A program made the position numbers and the translations under genes. The notes below the pieces were generated by a model. That model was given only the letters and a program-made list of their open reading frames with translations. It was not told the DNA's origin and ran no database searches. A DNA stretch of 64,000 nt from Octopus sinensis. Lineage: Eukaryota. Where the stretch lies: NCBI RefSeq assembly GCF_006345805.1, contig NC_043008.1, positions 79,670,001-79,734,000 of the forward strand, given 5' to 3'. Of this stretch, positions 53,379 to 64,000 are shown one piece after another. Every line of letters begins with the position of its first letter. The stretch's first letter is position 1.

Positions 53379-55105
53379 TATAAGAAATAGGATCACGCTT
53401 GGTCGTACCGTATAAGAGACAGTCGCACGCGATCCCATTCTTAATAATTTATTTACTGACTATATAATACATGCAGCGGCAATACACATAAGTTTGGAAT
53501 GACAACAAGATTTCTTTTTAAGATATATACATTATTTATTTTACATATTTTACAATCATGTGGATTCTAAGAGTTCGTAAGCGTTAGCATGTTTTTGTGT
53601 CTGTGTGTTCGTTAGGCGTAAATGACGATGGGATTTGATTCACAGTTCATGTTGTTGGTATCGGCCTGGCAACAGGTAATAACAGATGGCTTAAGGTAGT
53701 TCTTAGAAGAAACTAGAACCCAAGAACAGATAATTGATTTACCGTTTATGAGGTACAGCGTAAGAGTTCTATATCAAGGTATTGCATGTCGCAGTTGAGA
53801 TTAATTGAATCACTCGTTGTTTTTATCTTTCTCTTGATATGAATATACTTCCAGACATGTTACTGTAGCCGTTTTTTCCGTGGCGAGAATTTCACCTAAC
53901 CGCTATAGCTGAATCTGTAGTCGTCTTGTGTACAAATCGCTGCTTCTTCATTATATATTCTGTTTGGCTATTTTTCTCTAGTTATAGATATCCTGTAACC
54001 GTTTTCTTCATGGTGATATTTCACACTAACAGTATTAATGGTGGTCGCCTGCTTTTCGAACTGGAACTTGGTCGAGTATGCTCTGTGTGGTCAGAGACTT
54101 AGCTCTTAAAAGAACTAAAAGCCTAAGAAGAGCTCTTGTGTGGTCAGAGGTTCGCCCTGAGAAGGACTGGAAACCTAAGACGAATATTTGTCTGAGAAAC
54201 CTTGCTTTATAAGCTTCACCAGGCTCCCAGTGAACTTCAGAAATGGAAAGCTGTGATTGGCTGCTTGGAATAAACGGAGGAATTTTGCGCCAAGTTATAA
54301 CCAGCGGTGCGAGCGTAGTAGAGACCAACGTGTCAGCCAATCGAATTAGTGTTTACAACAATGTTGAACTAGCCAAAGCTGTTTGTAATCTCGACCGAGG
54401 TCATTCTTAATACTCTTCTCAAACAGTGAAGATAGCAATGAGAGACGATATTGCTACATATAGCCTCTTGCCAGACGTTTTGTCTACGACAAAACGGCGA
54501 TAAAATTGACATTATATATATATATCTTTTTTTTTTTTCTCTAGGGTTCTTGCTGCTTCTTCATTATTTTCTGCTTGGTTATTTTTCTCTGGTTATAGAT
54601 ATCCTGTAACCGTTTTCTTCATGGTGATATTTCACACTAACAGTATGAGAGGTATCTGTAACATCTTGTATTAATGGTGGTCGCCTGCCTCGAACTGGAA
54701 CTTGGTCGAGTATGCTCTGTGTGGTCAGAGACTTAGCTCTTAAAAGAACTAAAAGCCTAAGAAGAGCTCTGTGTGGTCAGAGGTTCGCCCTGAGAAGGAC
54801 TGGAAACCTAAGACGAATATTTGTCTGAGAAACCTTCTTTTATAAGCTTTATATGGCTCCCAATGAACTTCAGAAATGGAAAGCTGTGATTGGCTGCTTG
54901 GAACTATGGCGCGAAAATAAACGGAGGCAAATTGCGCCAAGTTATAACCAGCGGTGCGAGCGTAGTAGAGACCAACGTGTCAGCTAATCGAATTAGTGTT
55001 TACAACAATGTTGAACTAGCCAAAGCTGTTTGTAATCTCGATCGAGGTTATTCTTAATACTCTTCTCAAACAGTGAAGATAGCAATGAGAGACGATATTG
55101 CTACA
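53379..55105 (-). mobile_element. Deleted LTR retroelement (partial LTR, spacer, full LTR) with GTAC TSD
   Basis: GTAC at 53375-53378 and 55106-55109; empty site aatcgtactatgaatc at ~51718. Minus strand begins TGTAGCAAT at 55105 and again at 54458. CCAAT and TATA boxes in both copies. Confidence 0.75.
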
Positions 55106-56052
55106 GTACTATGAATCAGCTAACATATATATATATATATGTTTTTCAGTATACATATTTGTGACATTTCATTTTTGTGAGAAACATTTTTCTGACTAAT
55201 AACATTTTGCTATATATATGTTAGCCGATTATAAATAAGATTATTTTTATCAAAGAGATAACTGAAATCACTTCTCAGAAAACAAAATGTGTCAAAATAT
55301 TGCATAAAAACGTGAACAAACTTGCAAACTTGAGTGGTGGGCGTGTTACAGCACTGACCATGAAATCGTTTCGATATGCAACTGAACCTTTTAAAACATT
55401 TGCAAGTTTGTTCACGTTTATTAGTGTTATTAGTCAGAAAAATGTTTCTCACAAAAATGAAATGTCACAAATGTGTATACTGAAATACAAGAAATTTGCA
55501 TTTGCAATATTTTTCATATTTTCAAGCTTAGCGATCTCTTTGATAAATACAATCGTATTATCAATCAGCTAACATACATTTAACAAAATGTTATTAATCT
55601 GAAAAGTATTTGGTTGAAAAATGATAAATCACAAAATAGAACACTAAATAACATGAAATTCGCATTTGCCATTCGTTTCGCGTTTTTATGCTTATTTGCA
55701 ATATTTTGACACATTTTGTTTTCTGAAAAGTGATTTCAGTTATCTCTTTGATAAATATAATCTGATTAATAATCGGCTACCATATGTATAGCAAAAACCT
55801 ATTAGTCAGAAAAATGTTTCTCACAAAAATGAAATGTCACAAATGTGTATACTGAAAAACAAGAAATTTTTGTGATTTCAGTTATCTCTTTAATAAATAT
55901 AATCATTTTAATAATCGGTTAACATATATATAGCAAAAAGCTATTAGTCTGAAAAGTGTTTCACACAAGAAAAAAAAATGTCACAAATGTATTATATATG
56001 TACTCAAGATCCCATAACTAAAACATGATCGTATATACTTTTGGGACAATTT

Positions 56053-56193
56053 TGTTAGTAAACAGTACGAACTGTGTCTAATGTATAGATGTTGACAGTT
56101 CGTGTAACAAGTAAAGTAAATAAACACGTAAAACAATAACAATGCCTTCATTGAGTTGTCTATCAGCCATCTAGAACAAAACTACACGTAACA
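56053..56193 (+). mobile_element. Solo LTR related to the LTR at 62919-63085
   Basis: TGTTAGTAAACAGTA...aaataaacacgtaaaac..acaatgccttca.tgagttgtctatca...ACA; no TSD. Confidence 0.7.
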
Positions 56194-57049
56194 CCCAGTA
56201 AGTGTCACAACGTACCCTGCACTCGGGGAAAATTGTAACAGCTGACACCACCTCATTAATTAGAACCTAATTAATGTTATATAATTTCTGCTTTTTGCTG
56301 GTGATAACAAAAAAGATGTTTTACTAATTAAATCTGAAAAGGAACTTCAGCTGTATTCATTTATGTGGGTGCCAAAGAAAAAAACCCGAAAAAATGTAAC
56401 AACAAGACCTAGTGATTCTCTTTTTCTTTGATTTTCAGAGATATTTATATCAGCAGGGCAGCTAACCTCTACGATAGTACATACTGAAACGGCAGTGAAT
56501 AGCTTCTCTGCACTTTTTTGGGTGCAGTTGGTGCAATCACTTTCCGTTGCTTTAATATCCAGATTCTACCAGTCAGAAACAACAGGACGCAAACGTAAAA
56601 AATATATATCTACTTTATTCTCTTATGACAGTAACAAATAAGTGGTGTATCTGGTATCCCTTTGGTATGGATGTGTCAGAGATGAACTTTATCGCTGTAG
56701 AATTTACAGTGTTCAAATGCAAACGACACTGGTCAAAATGGCGTCCGGAGAGAGAAGATGATGTGGTCGGCAACAAATGTCAGGGGGAAACGAAGATAAT
56801 ACGCGTCTTCTTCTATGAAAAGCCTGACTGCTGCTATCAAATCCGGACAGAGAGAGAGAACTACACGTCTTGTACCTTCGATAGCTGTGTCTCAAGTCAC
56901 TGCCTACTGGACGCTGGTGGTCAACGTCCTACGCTCCCCTTGCCTCGCGGCTAAACTGCCACGTAGGCAAATGGTCCTTCTTCCGGTGGTGAAAGCACCA
57001 ACTCCGCACGCGCGAAACAGAAATGGACGGTGCGCGAGCGCGCACCGTT

Positions 57050-57520
57050 ATATAGGATCACAACACATACCTTTGCCCCTCTGTCCCAAACAACAATATC
57101 CAGCCTGTTATGCTGATAGAAATTTTGATGAGAATAGTCCACCAGAATTCCTTGAGTTGGTGTTTACGAATGTATTCCATGACAAATGGATTTTCTAAGT
57201 TTATTTCAAGACAGTCTTTTTTGTGGATGGTTTTGTAAATTGTTTTAGCAACAACATCGTGTCGCATAGGGAAGGTAGTACCGTGACGACATTTAGGACA
57301 GCTGCTAATCACATGCGTAATGCCTTCCACAGAAATATTACATAGCCTACACATGCGGTTACACCTTGTGATTACAAGAACGTCACTGTCTCTCTTGTTC
57401 ACCAGGTACTTAGTGGCAAACTCCTGTTCCTGGTTTGCAAATGCACAGCCATTAAAGTGTGATGTGCCTTTAAACCACTCACGTGGTTTTCTGCTTTGTA
57501 ATCTAGCAGAATTAGTTATT
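57050..57520 (-). mobile_element. R4-like RLE LINE C-terminal fragment
   Basis: CRLC...ITHVISSCPK..RHDVVAKTIY and HNRLDIVVWDRGAKVC. Confidence 0.75.
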
Positions 57521-58566
57521 TATCTCTTCCTTTTCTTTTTTCCTTCTCTTTAACCGTATTGAATTGGTGGTGAAATGTTTGATCTCTATCTGATGGATCT
57601 ATTGCTCCGCACTGGTGTCCTAGGTGTACGGATTCTCTGTGTGCCGTCATCTGCTGTGGGTGTTGTGGTTCTTGTTGATGTTGTAGCTGATGCAGCAGGT
57701 GTTGTACATGTTATCCTCGATAGCTTTGGTGTTGGGCGGATATGGGCCCTGTTACGTCTCAGCTGCCTACCAGATTCTGTTTCTATAATATACGATCTTG
57801 GAGTTTCAGCTCTACTGACAACGTGCTGGGATCCATGTTTTTGTTATAGCGTCTTCAGTGTGCACATGTTGTCCTCCAAGTATCTCAGGTAAGTATTGTG
57901 CATGTTTGTTGTAATATTTCTCTGATTGTTCTTGAGTGGCTTTGCCCTTGTCTCTACCTGGTCAATAGGAGGTTGGATCTTAGTTGGCAGGGTAGTTTTG
58001 TACTTCTTACCATTCAGCAATTCTACTGGGGATTTCATGTCAGCTCTCACTGGTGTCGCTCGTAGGGACAGAAGTGCCAGGTGTGGGTCTTCCTTAGTCT
58101 CTCGGCATTTGACTAGTGTTCTCTTCACTGTCTGCACCTGTCTTTGGGGGTAGTGTGGAGATGTGGTTGTAATATTGAACCAATATTCATCGGCTAGCTT
58201 TTTGAATTCTTGCTATGTGAACTGGGTTACATTGTCACATATGATCTGCTCTGGTATTCCTTGCTCTGCTAGAAGTCTTCGAGCCACTTTTCTCACAAAT
58301 GGAAATTTGGTGTAGTAGCAGGCCATTATCAAATACCATTCTTAACTCTCTGTGAACAGATCTACTCCAATAGTTTGTCTTCTTGGGATGTCACTAGATA
58401 TCATTTCCTCCTTTTGTTGTGAGTTTCTGTACTTTTGACAGATGTGGCATGTAGAAACTGTCTTTTCTATGTCTTTGTACATGCCTACCCAATATACAGA
58501 TGACTTGGCTCGGAGCTTGCATTTCTCCATTCCTAGATGCCCTTGGTGGATCTTGTCAAGAATCTC

Positions 58567-60059
58567 TTTAATATACGAAGTAGCATTGTCACGAGTTGAA
58601 AGGATTGAACAAAAATGTAATGTGTTCATTAGAAAGTGGGTAGGTCTACCTCGTATGTTGAACAGCTCAGCTCTTTATCGTAAAAGAGGTTCGTTGCAGC
58701 TACCAATAGCATCAATAGTCGAAATATATAAGTTGGGGAAGATACGGACGGTCATGATGCTGAGAGAATCGAAGGATATGGAAATCAGGCGTAACCCACC
58801 AGAGGTGAAAACAGCCAGGCAGTGGAAAACAGAAGCAGAAACTGACAACATCTTGTCTTCTCTTATACACAGAGATATGGTGGGAGCAACGCAGAACCAT
58901 CGGAAAGGATTTGGTTTTGGCGCAGATTAGTTCAGACCGTTTGCAAGTATGATGCCGTGTGAACGCAGATCTGTTGTTAGCAACAGCGTCAAAACAAGAG
59001 AAGCAGAGAGAAGAGAGCTTCATTTGATCCGATGTGTTCATCAAGGTCAGATGACGAGATGGGAAGAACATGTTGCTGAGAGGAAGATAAGTTGGGATGA
59101 GATGTGGAAGTGGACGACATCTCGGCTGAGTTTCCTGATTCATTCATCTTATGATGTTTTGCCATCACCTACGAATCTAGTAAGATGGAACGTCTTAGAG
59201 AATGACATCTGCAAATGTGGAAAGGTCGGTACACTAAAACATATTCTTTCCAACTGTTCATTAGCATTGAAGAGGTACACATGAAGGCACAACTTGGTCC
59301 TTAGGGTTATCTTCAATGCTATAAAGAACCAAATTCATCTCAACAACACTGTGGAAAAATCGTTAAAAGTACCATCAAGAGATTTCATTACCTTCGTGCG
59401 ACCAGGTCAGCGGATCCGTTTCAAGAAGAAGACCAAAAAACTTCCTGAGAAAAATGAAAAGTGGAACGGCTATTGGGAGGTAACTGCAGATTTACCTGGG
59501 TGCCAGGTTTTCTTTCCCATCCCAGTTTCAAAAAAACCAGATATTTTGATGTGGTGTGAAAGAAAGAAAGTTGTAAATATAGTTGAGCTAACGGTTCCTC
59601 ACAAAGATAATATGGATGCCGCTCGGGCTCGAAAATTGAACCGTTATGAAAACCTCCTCGAGGAATGTGAAGACGCAGGCTGGAAAGCGGAACATTTTCC
59701 TATCGAAGTCGGATGTAGAGGGTTTGTAGGACACAGCGTGAGACGACTGTTGTTATCGCTATGTCTAACTCATCGTAAAGTCAATACCACCATGACTGAT
59801 ATCCAATCTACAGTGGAGAAGGCTAGCCACTGGATTTGGTTAAAAAGAGACGATAAGCGATGGCTAGAAGTATATTGAGTTCTTCATAACCAGCTGATCT
59901 AGCAAGCGGGGCCTCATATCAGTGAGGGGGGGCGGTGCGCATTGATGCCGTCGAGAGGTAGGCCCCGAAACGGTGCGCATTCTCTCCTGATGACCCCATA
60001 CACTTGCTAGCTTCCGATATACGGAGCTTTTAACTGGTAGCACTTGCATGTGCAAGTTG
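58567..60059 (+). mobile_element. HERO-clade copy 2, 5'-truncated, nested in the gypsy pol
   Basis: Very similar to 7752-9245 in inverted orientation; ORFs 58949-59284 and 59294-59878; splits gypsy IIIPKCL|EILDKIH. Confidence 0.93.
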
Positions 60060-62907
60060 TTTGCAAGACATTTGGGTATAATTATTCGGGATCCAGCCAT
60101 AAGGATTCCATTCTCCACTGATATATCATCATGGATGGCCCAATATTCACGAATGAGGGGCTGCACCTGATGTCTCTTTTCTGGCCACCCCTGAATCACC
60201 ATCTGAGTAAGGAGCTGGAGTTCATCTTTGCTGGTCTCTTTGATTTCTGCTAGCTTTGTGTTTGTTACATTTACAATGTGGTGGACCTTTATACTTTGTC
60301 CTTCCATCTCCTGTTTATCATGTGAGGATAGTCTGGAAAGAACATCCGCCAATATCTGGTCTTTTCCTGGCTTGTACCTGATATCGTAGTCGTATGTTTG
60401 AAGCCTTAACAGTAATCTTTGCAGTCTGGCTGGTGCTTTTGTGAGGTTTTTTCTGTGTATTTGTTCTAGCGGGCAATGGTCTGTTTCAATATTGAAATGT
60501 CTGCCATACAGCTATGTATGGAAGTTCCCTTTCAATATTTGCGTACCTTGTCTCTGTGGGTGAGAGAGCTTTCGAGACATATGCAATGGGTTTACCTTCC
60601 TGTATCAATGCTGCACCAACTCCTCTCATAGAAGCATCGACTTGGAGTATTACTGGTTTGCGTCTGTCATAGTAGTACAGAGTTGTCTCCTTACTGATGA
60701 GCTTTTTAATTGCTTTAAAATCCAATCAAACTCTACGTCATATTTGTTTAGTTCTCGGAGATTTGTAGTGTGATCGGCCAGCTTGGGTATGAAGGCTCCC
60801 ATGTAGTGGATGAGTCCCAGGAAGCTCCTGAGTTCCTTCTTATCTTTGGGTTCTTTGATGTCTCTGATGGTTTCCACTTTAGCGGGGTCTGGTTTCACTC
60901 CCTCTGCAGAGTATATAATTCCAAAGAATTTGCACTCCTTTTGCTTTTATCACACACCTGTTTGTCGGGTTTTCTCCATAGCTTCATGTAAATTGAAGTC
61001 ATGTATGCACTTGGATGTCTGCTATTCCAATTGCTCCCTTGCAGCCTTGGTAGGTCTCATCTATTTGGTGCTGGAAAACATCTTGGCTCACCTTCAATTC
61101 AAATGGGAGTCGGTTGAATCGGTATCTGCCAAATGGTGTGTTGAAGGTAGTGAGCATGGATGACTCTTTGTCTATCTTTACATTCCAGTACCCAATACTG
61201 GCATCCAGTTTGCTGAATAATTTGGATCCAGCTAATGATGGTGTGATTTCTTCAAGGGTTGGAATTGGATGGTACTCTCTTTTTAATGCCTTGTTCAGGT
61301 CCCTTGGGTCGAGGCATATCCGTAGGGTACCATTGGGTTTTTCTTTGATTACAATTGAATTCACCCAGTCTGTTGGTCGTGTCACTTTGGTGATTATTTC
61401 TTTTTTTTCCATTCTGTCCAACTCTGTCTTAAGTTTCTCTTTTAATTCTAATGGAACGCGGTGAGGTGGGTGAACAATTGGTTTGGCATTGGGGTCGACT
61501 GTTATATGGTATCGACATTTCACAAAACACCCGACTGTATCGTCAAAGCAATCTGGGTACATGCTTATCAGTTCTTCTTTATTTGTGATTGGTGGTCGGT
61601 CTTTGATATGTCAATCCCGCTCGGAACTGCCTTCACTTCACCATTGATTGACACAATATTAAGCTTTTGACAAGAATTGCTGGTCCTTCTGACATTAAAA
61701 GAACACTTGATTATTTTTCCTTTGTGAGTCCCTGTGATTGTTGTTTTGCCCAGTTGTGGAATCCTGGTCCCATCATTTGGTGTGAGGATTCCTTCTTTGA
61801 CTTTAACCTCTTGTGTCATGTGTTCTGGGAACATCTTTTTGTAGAGGTTGACAGGCAAGATATCACACTGGGCTCCAGTGTCAATCTTTTAGCCTTAAGT
61901 CAATGTCTATTCGTTTCTTGCCTGACTTCTTTTGTATTTGTATTGTTGTGTACGCCTAATTTTTTTTCTGGTTGTCATTTCCCATCTCATGCACATTTAT
62001 TGTGCCGACTGCCAAGAATTCCTCCTCTGAGGGTTTTTGTTCCTGTTGTTGGGCATGTATATCTCTTTGTCTTCTCTTCCCGTTCCTCTTTGAAAATTGG
62101 GGCTTGTATTTCTGAGATTTTGTTAGTCTACACATTTTTTTCCAGTGGGTGGGTTTTCCACATGCTTTGCAGGACATTTCTTCCGGTTATTGAACTCATG
62201 CTCCATACCACAGTATTGGCATGTTCTTTGCGGGTATGTTTCGTCCTGTGCCTAGATACAATATCTACACTGCTGCCTATTGTGTTTGTTTGTGAAGTAA
62301 GTGAGGACATTTGTTTGGCTTCGAATGCTCTTGCAGTGTCTACTGCTTCTATTAACTGGAGAGCGTCCTTACCTATGAGGGATTTCTGGACTTCTTTATG
62401 AGCACATCCCCATATTAGTTGATCAACAATCCGTTCGTCGTTGTCTCTGAATTTGCAACATTCTTTAGTCTGGACAGGAAGTTGTCAATCGTTTCTTGTG
62501 GGTCTTGTTTCAGGCCTTGGAATTCCTATCTATGAATTCTATGGTTTGATCTGGGCTCCAGGTGCCTTTCAAATTTCTCTAAAAGTGTATCTGGGGTTAT
62601 TGCAATCCGATTCTGACATGTCCTAGCTATTGAATAGGTCTAGGCCCTTCTCTCCCGTCCATAAAAGAATGTAGTTTACCTTTTCATTGGCAGTTGTACC
62701 TTTCAGGAAGCTTTTGAAAGCCAGTTGAGTTTTCTGTTTGAACTTCTTGAACGCTTCCACGATATCATCGGCGTCCAAGTTCATGGTCGGATGTAGATTC
62801 ATCTGTACGGCGATAGGGGCCGCCATTTTGGATCCTCGTGTGTGTCCCCGAAGACGACGCGATATTCAGGTTTGTTGTAAAGGCACAGTTTTCGATTAAT
62901 TATTTAT

Positions 62908-63085
62908 CGCTACCACCATGTTGTGCATTCTTTCGTTCGTGATGGGATGATAGACAACTCACTGAAGGCATTGTTATGGTTTTACGTGTTTATTTTGCTT
63001 AGCCTGTTATGAACCGTCTATGTACTGTGGAGTAATACACATGGTGCGTATCCGCCTTAGACCCAGTTCATACTGTTTACTAACA
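62908..63085 (-). promoter_or_regulatory. 167-bp gypsy 5' LTR (63085-62919) plus PBS TGGTGGTAGCG (tRNA-Leu-like)
   Basis: TG...CA ends, AATAAA inside, and TGG immediately after the LTR. The tRNA assignment is inference. Confidence 0.75.
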
Positions 63086-63199
63086 ATATAGTGCCAATAG
63101 TGGGGATGTATTCATACATACGTATACACATAGATATGAACGTGTAACACGGCACATCCCCACACTCACTTCTTTTCACCAGCTTGTTCATCAGTCACA

Positions 63200-63770
63200 A
63201 TGTATGTATGTATGAATGCATGTATGTACGTAAGTATGTATTCTGCATATTCATGTGTGTGTATGTGTGTGAGTGTACGTCTGCTTCCTTGCGTGTGCGT
63301 GAGTGTCTATGTTTATGAGTTTGTGTGATTATGTACGTGCGTGTTATGTATGGCTGTGTCTGTGTGTATGCGCGTGTGTTTCTGTCTCTTTTCGCATGAA
63401 TGCATACATGTATATGCACGCGCGCTAGGGACCAGTGCAGAATGACACTGGAATGATTGTTGTGCTAATAAATACTTCTAGATACACTCCTAATATTCCT
63501 TAAGCATTAAAAAAAAATATATATAAATATATGTGTGTGTATTTGTATATGTATGTATAAGTAATATTCGTCCCTACTTTAACATAGCTGTCCGTTTGAA
63601 CGGATTTTTTGAACATCACCTCTAGCTGGTTAACGATGCATGGATTGCGAGCAAGGGAGCGAACTCCGTCCACATTCCAGCGACTGGACCAATAGACTAG
63701 TTCTCGTTTCAGGCCATTTCTACCAGTCCTCAGTACTGGATACCTCGTCTGCTAGAGATGGTAGCAACTC
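63200..63770 (+). repeat. Interspersed repeat, copy B (single-arm version of the 16.9-17.5 kb repeat)
   Basis: TATG tract followed by sequence collinear with 16915-17480, lacking the inverted arm. Confidence 0.85.
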
Positions 63771-63771
63771 G

Positions 63772-63819
<48 letters not shown>

Positions 63820-64000
63820 CAAAGGAACACACAGTTGCTGATTTTGCAACAAGCAAAAATTCTAGTTCTAAAATCTCCTTAAGAGATTAACATAGTAGTT
63901 GTATCTACCACTTTAACATGGCTGTTTGTTCAAACGGTCTCTACTGCGATGTTTTTTAACCCTAAGAGGACATCTTATAGTAATTGTCAGTAAGTGACAT

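Larger units (their letters stand above)
47330..55990. repeat. AT-rich satellite array of diverged ~120-260-bp monomers, with insertions
   Basis: aaatttgcatttgcaat...gataaatataatc...tgaaaagtgtttt motifs recur throughout. Confidence 0.9.
57550..63085 (-). mobile_element. Ty3/gypsy LTR retrotransposon (5' LTR, PBS, gag, pol), frameshifted, 3' LTR missing, interrupted by HERO
   Basis: gag 62623-62826; knuckle CKACGKPTHWKKMC; protease IDTGAQ (~61870); RT LRICLDPRDLNKAL and FSKLDAS; RNase H LQVDAS; integrase IHQGHLGMEKC..VYW..CHIC. Confidence 0.93.

Noticed and set aside
47330-55990. Regularly recurring motifs resembling a CRISPR array
   Set aside because: Eukaryotic context; the 'spacers' are homologous to each other and there are no cas genes. 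It is a satellite.
56053-56193. The missing 3' LTR of the 57.5-63.1 kb gypsy
   Set aside because: Opposite orientation, substantial divergence with a large indel, and no matching TSD; more likely a related solo LTR.
56625-57050. Overlapping ORFs as a mariner transposase or host gene; GC hairpin at ~57027-57048
   Set aside because: No convincing motif in any frame, and the hairpin lacks a Helitron CTRR end. Left unassigned.
59930-59995. Hammerhead-like GCGCA-TTGATGC...CGAAAC-GGTGCGC in the HERO 3' UTR
   Set aside because: The core deviates (no CUGANGA, no UH triplet) and the apparent stem I is not conserved in copy 1.
61667-62401. 244-aa plus-strand ORF, and similar antisense ORFs at 10689, 12925, 21479 and 29319
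   Set aside because: Antisense shadows of TE or exon coding sequence, with no independent motifs.

Overview
AT-rich eukaryotic DNA made almost entirely of nested, mostly decayed mobile elements. The SINE families and the (TA)n/(TATG)n/(TAA)n tracts resemble octopus or coleoid repeats; this taxon call is inference. Contents: RTE, Tx1/L1, HERO and R4/Dong non-LTR retrotransposons; three Ty3/gypsy remnants; a Penelope-like RT fragment; a minimal type I hammerhead ribozyme; a non-autonomous Helitron with both termini; mariner derivatives; many tRNA-derived SINEs; a 5S rRNA pseudogene; and an AT-rich satellite with a ~1.42-kb higher-order repeat. Only one candidate host exon was seen (28.8-30.0 kb, minus strand, disrupted coiled-coil protein). 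Most notable: (1) two independent HERO insertions share the same 12-bp 3' flank, suggesting target specificity; (2) an intact hammerhead; (3) an LTR-templated junction amplified in a tandem repeat; (4) several long fold-back palindromes, one interrupted by the Helitron. All alignments and family calls were made by eye, without database searches.
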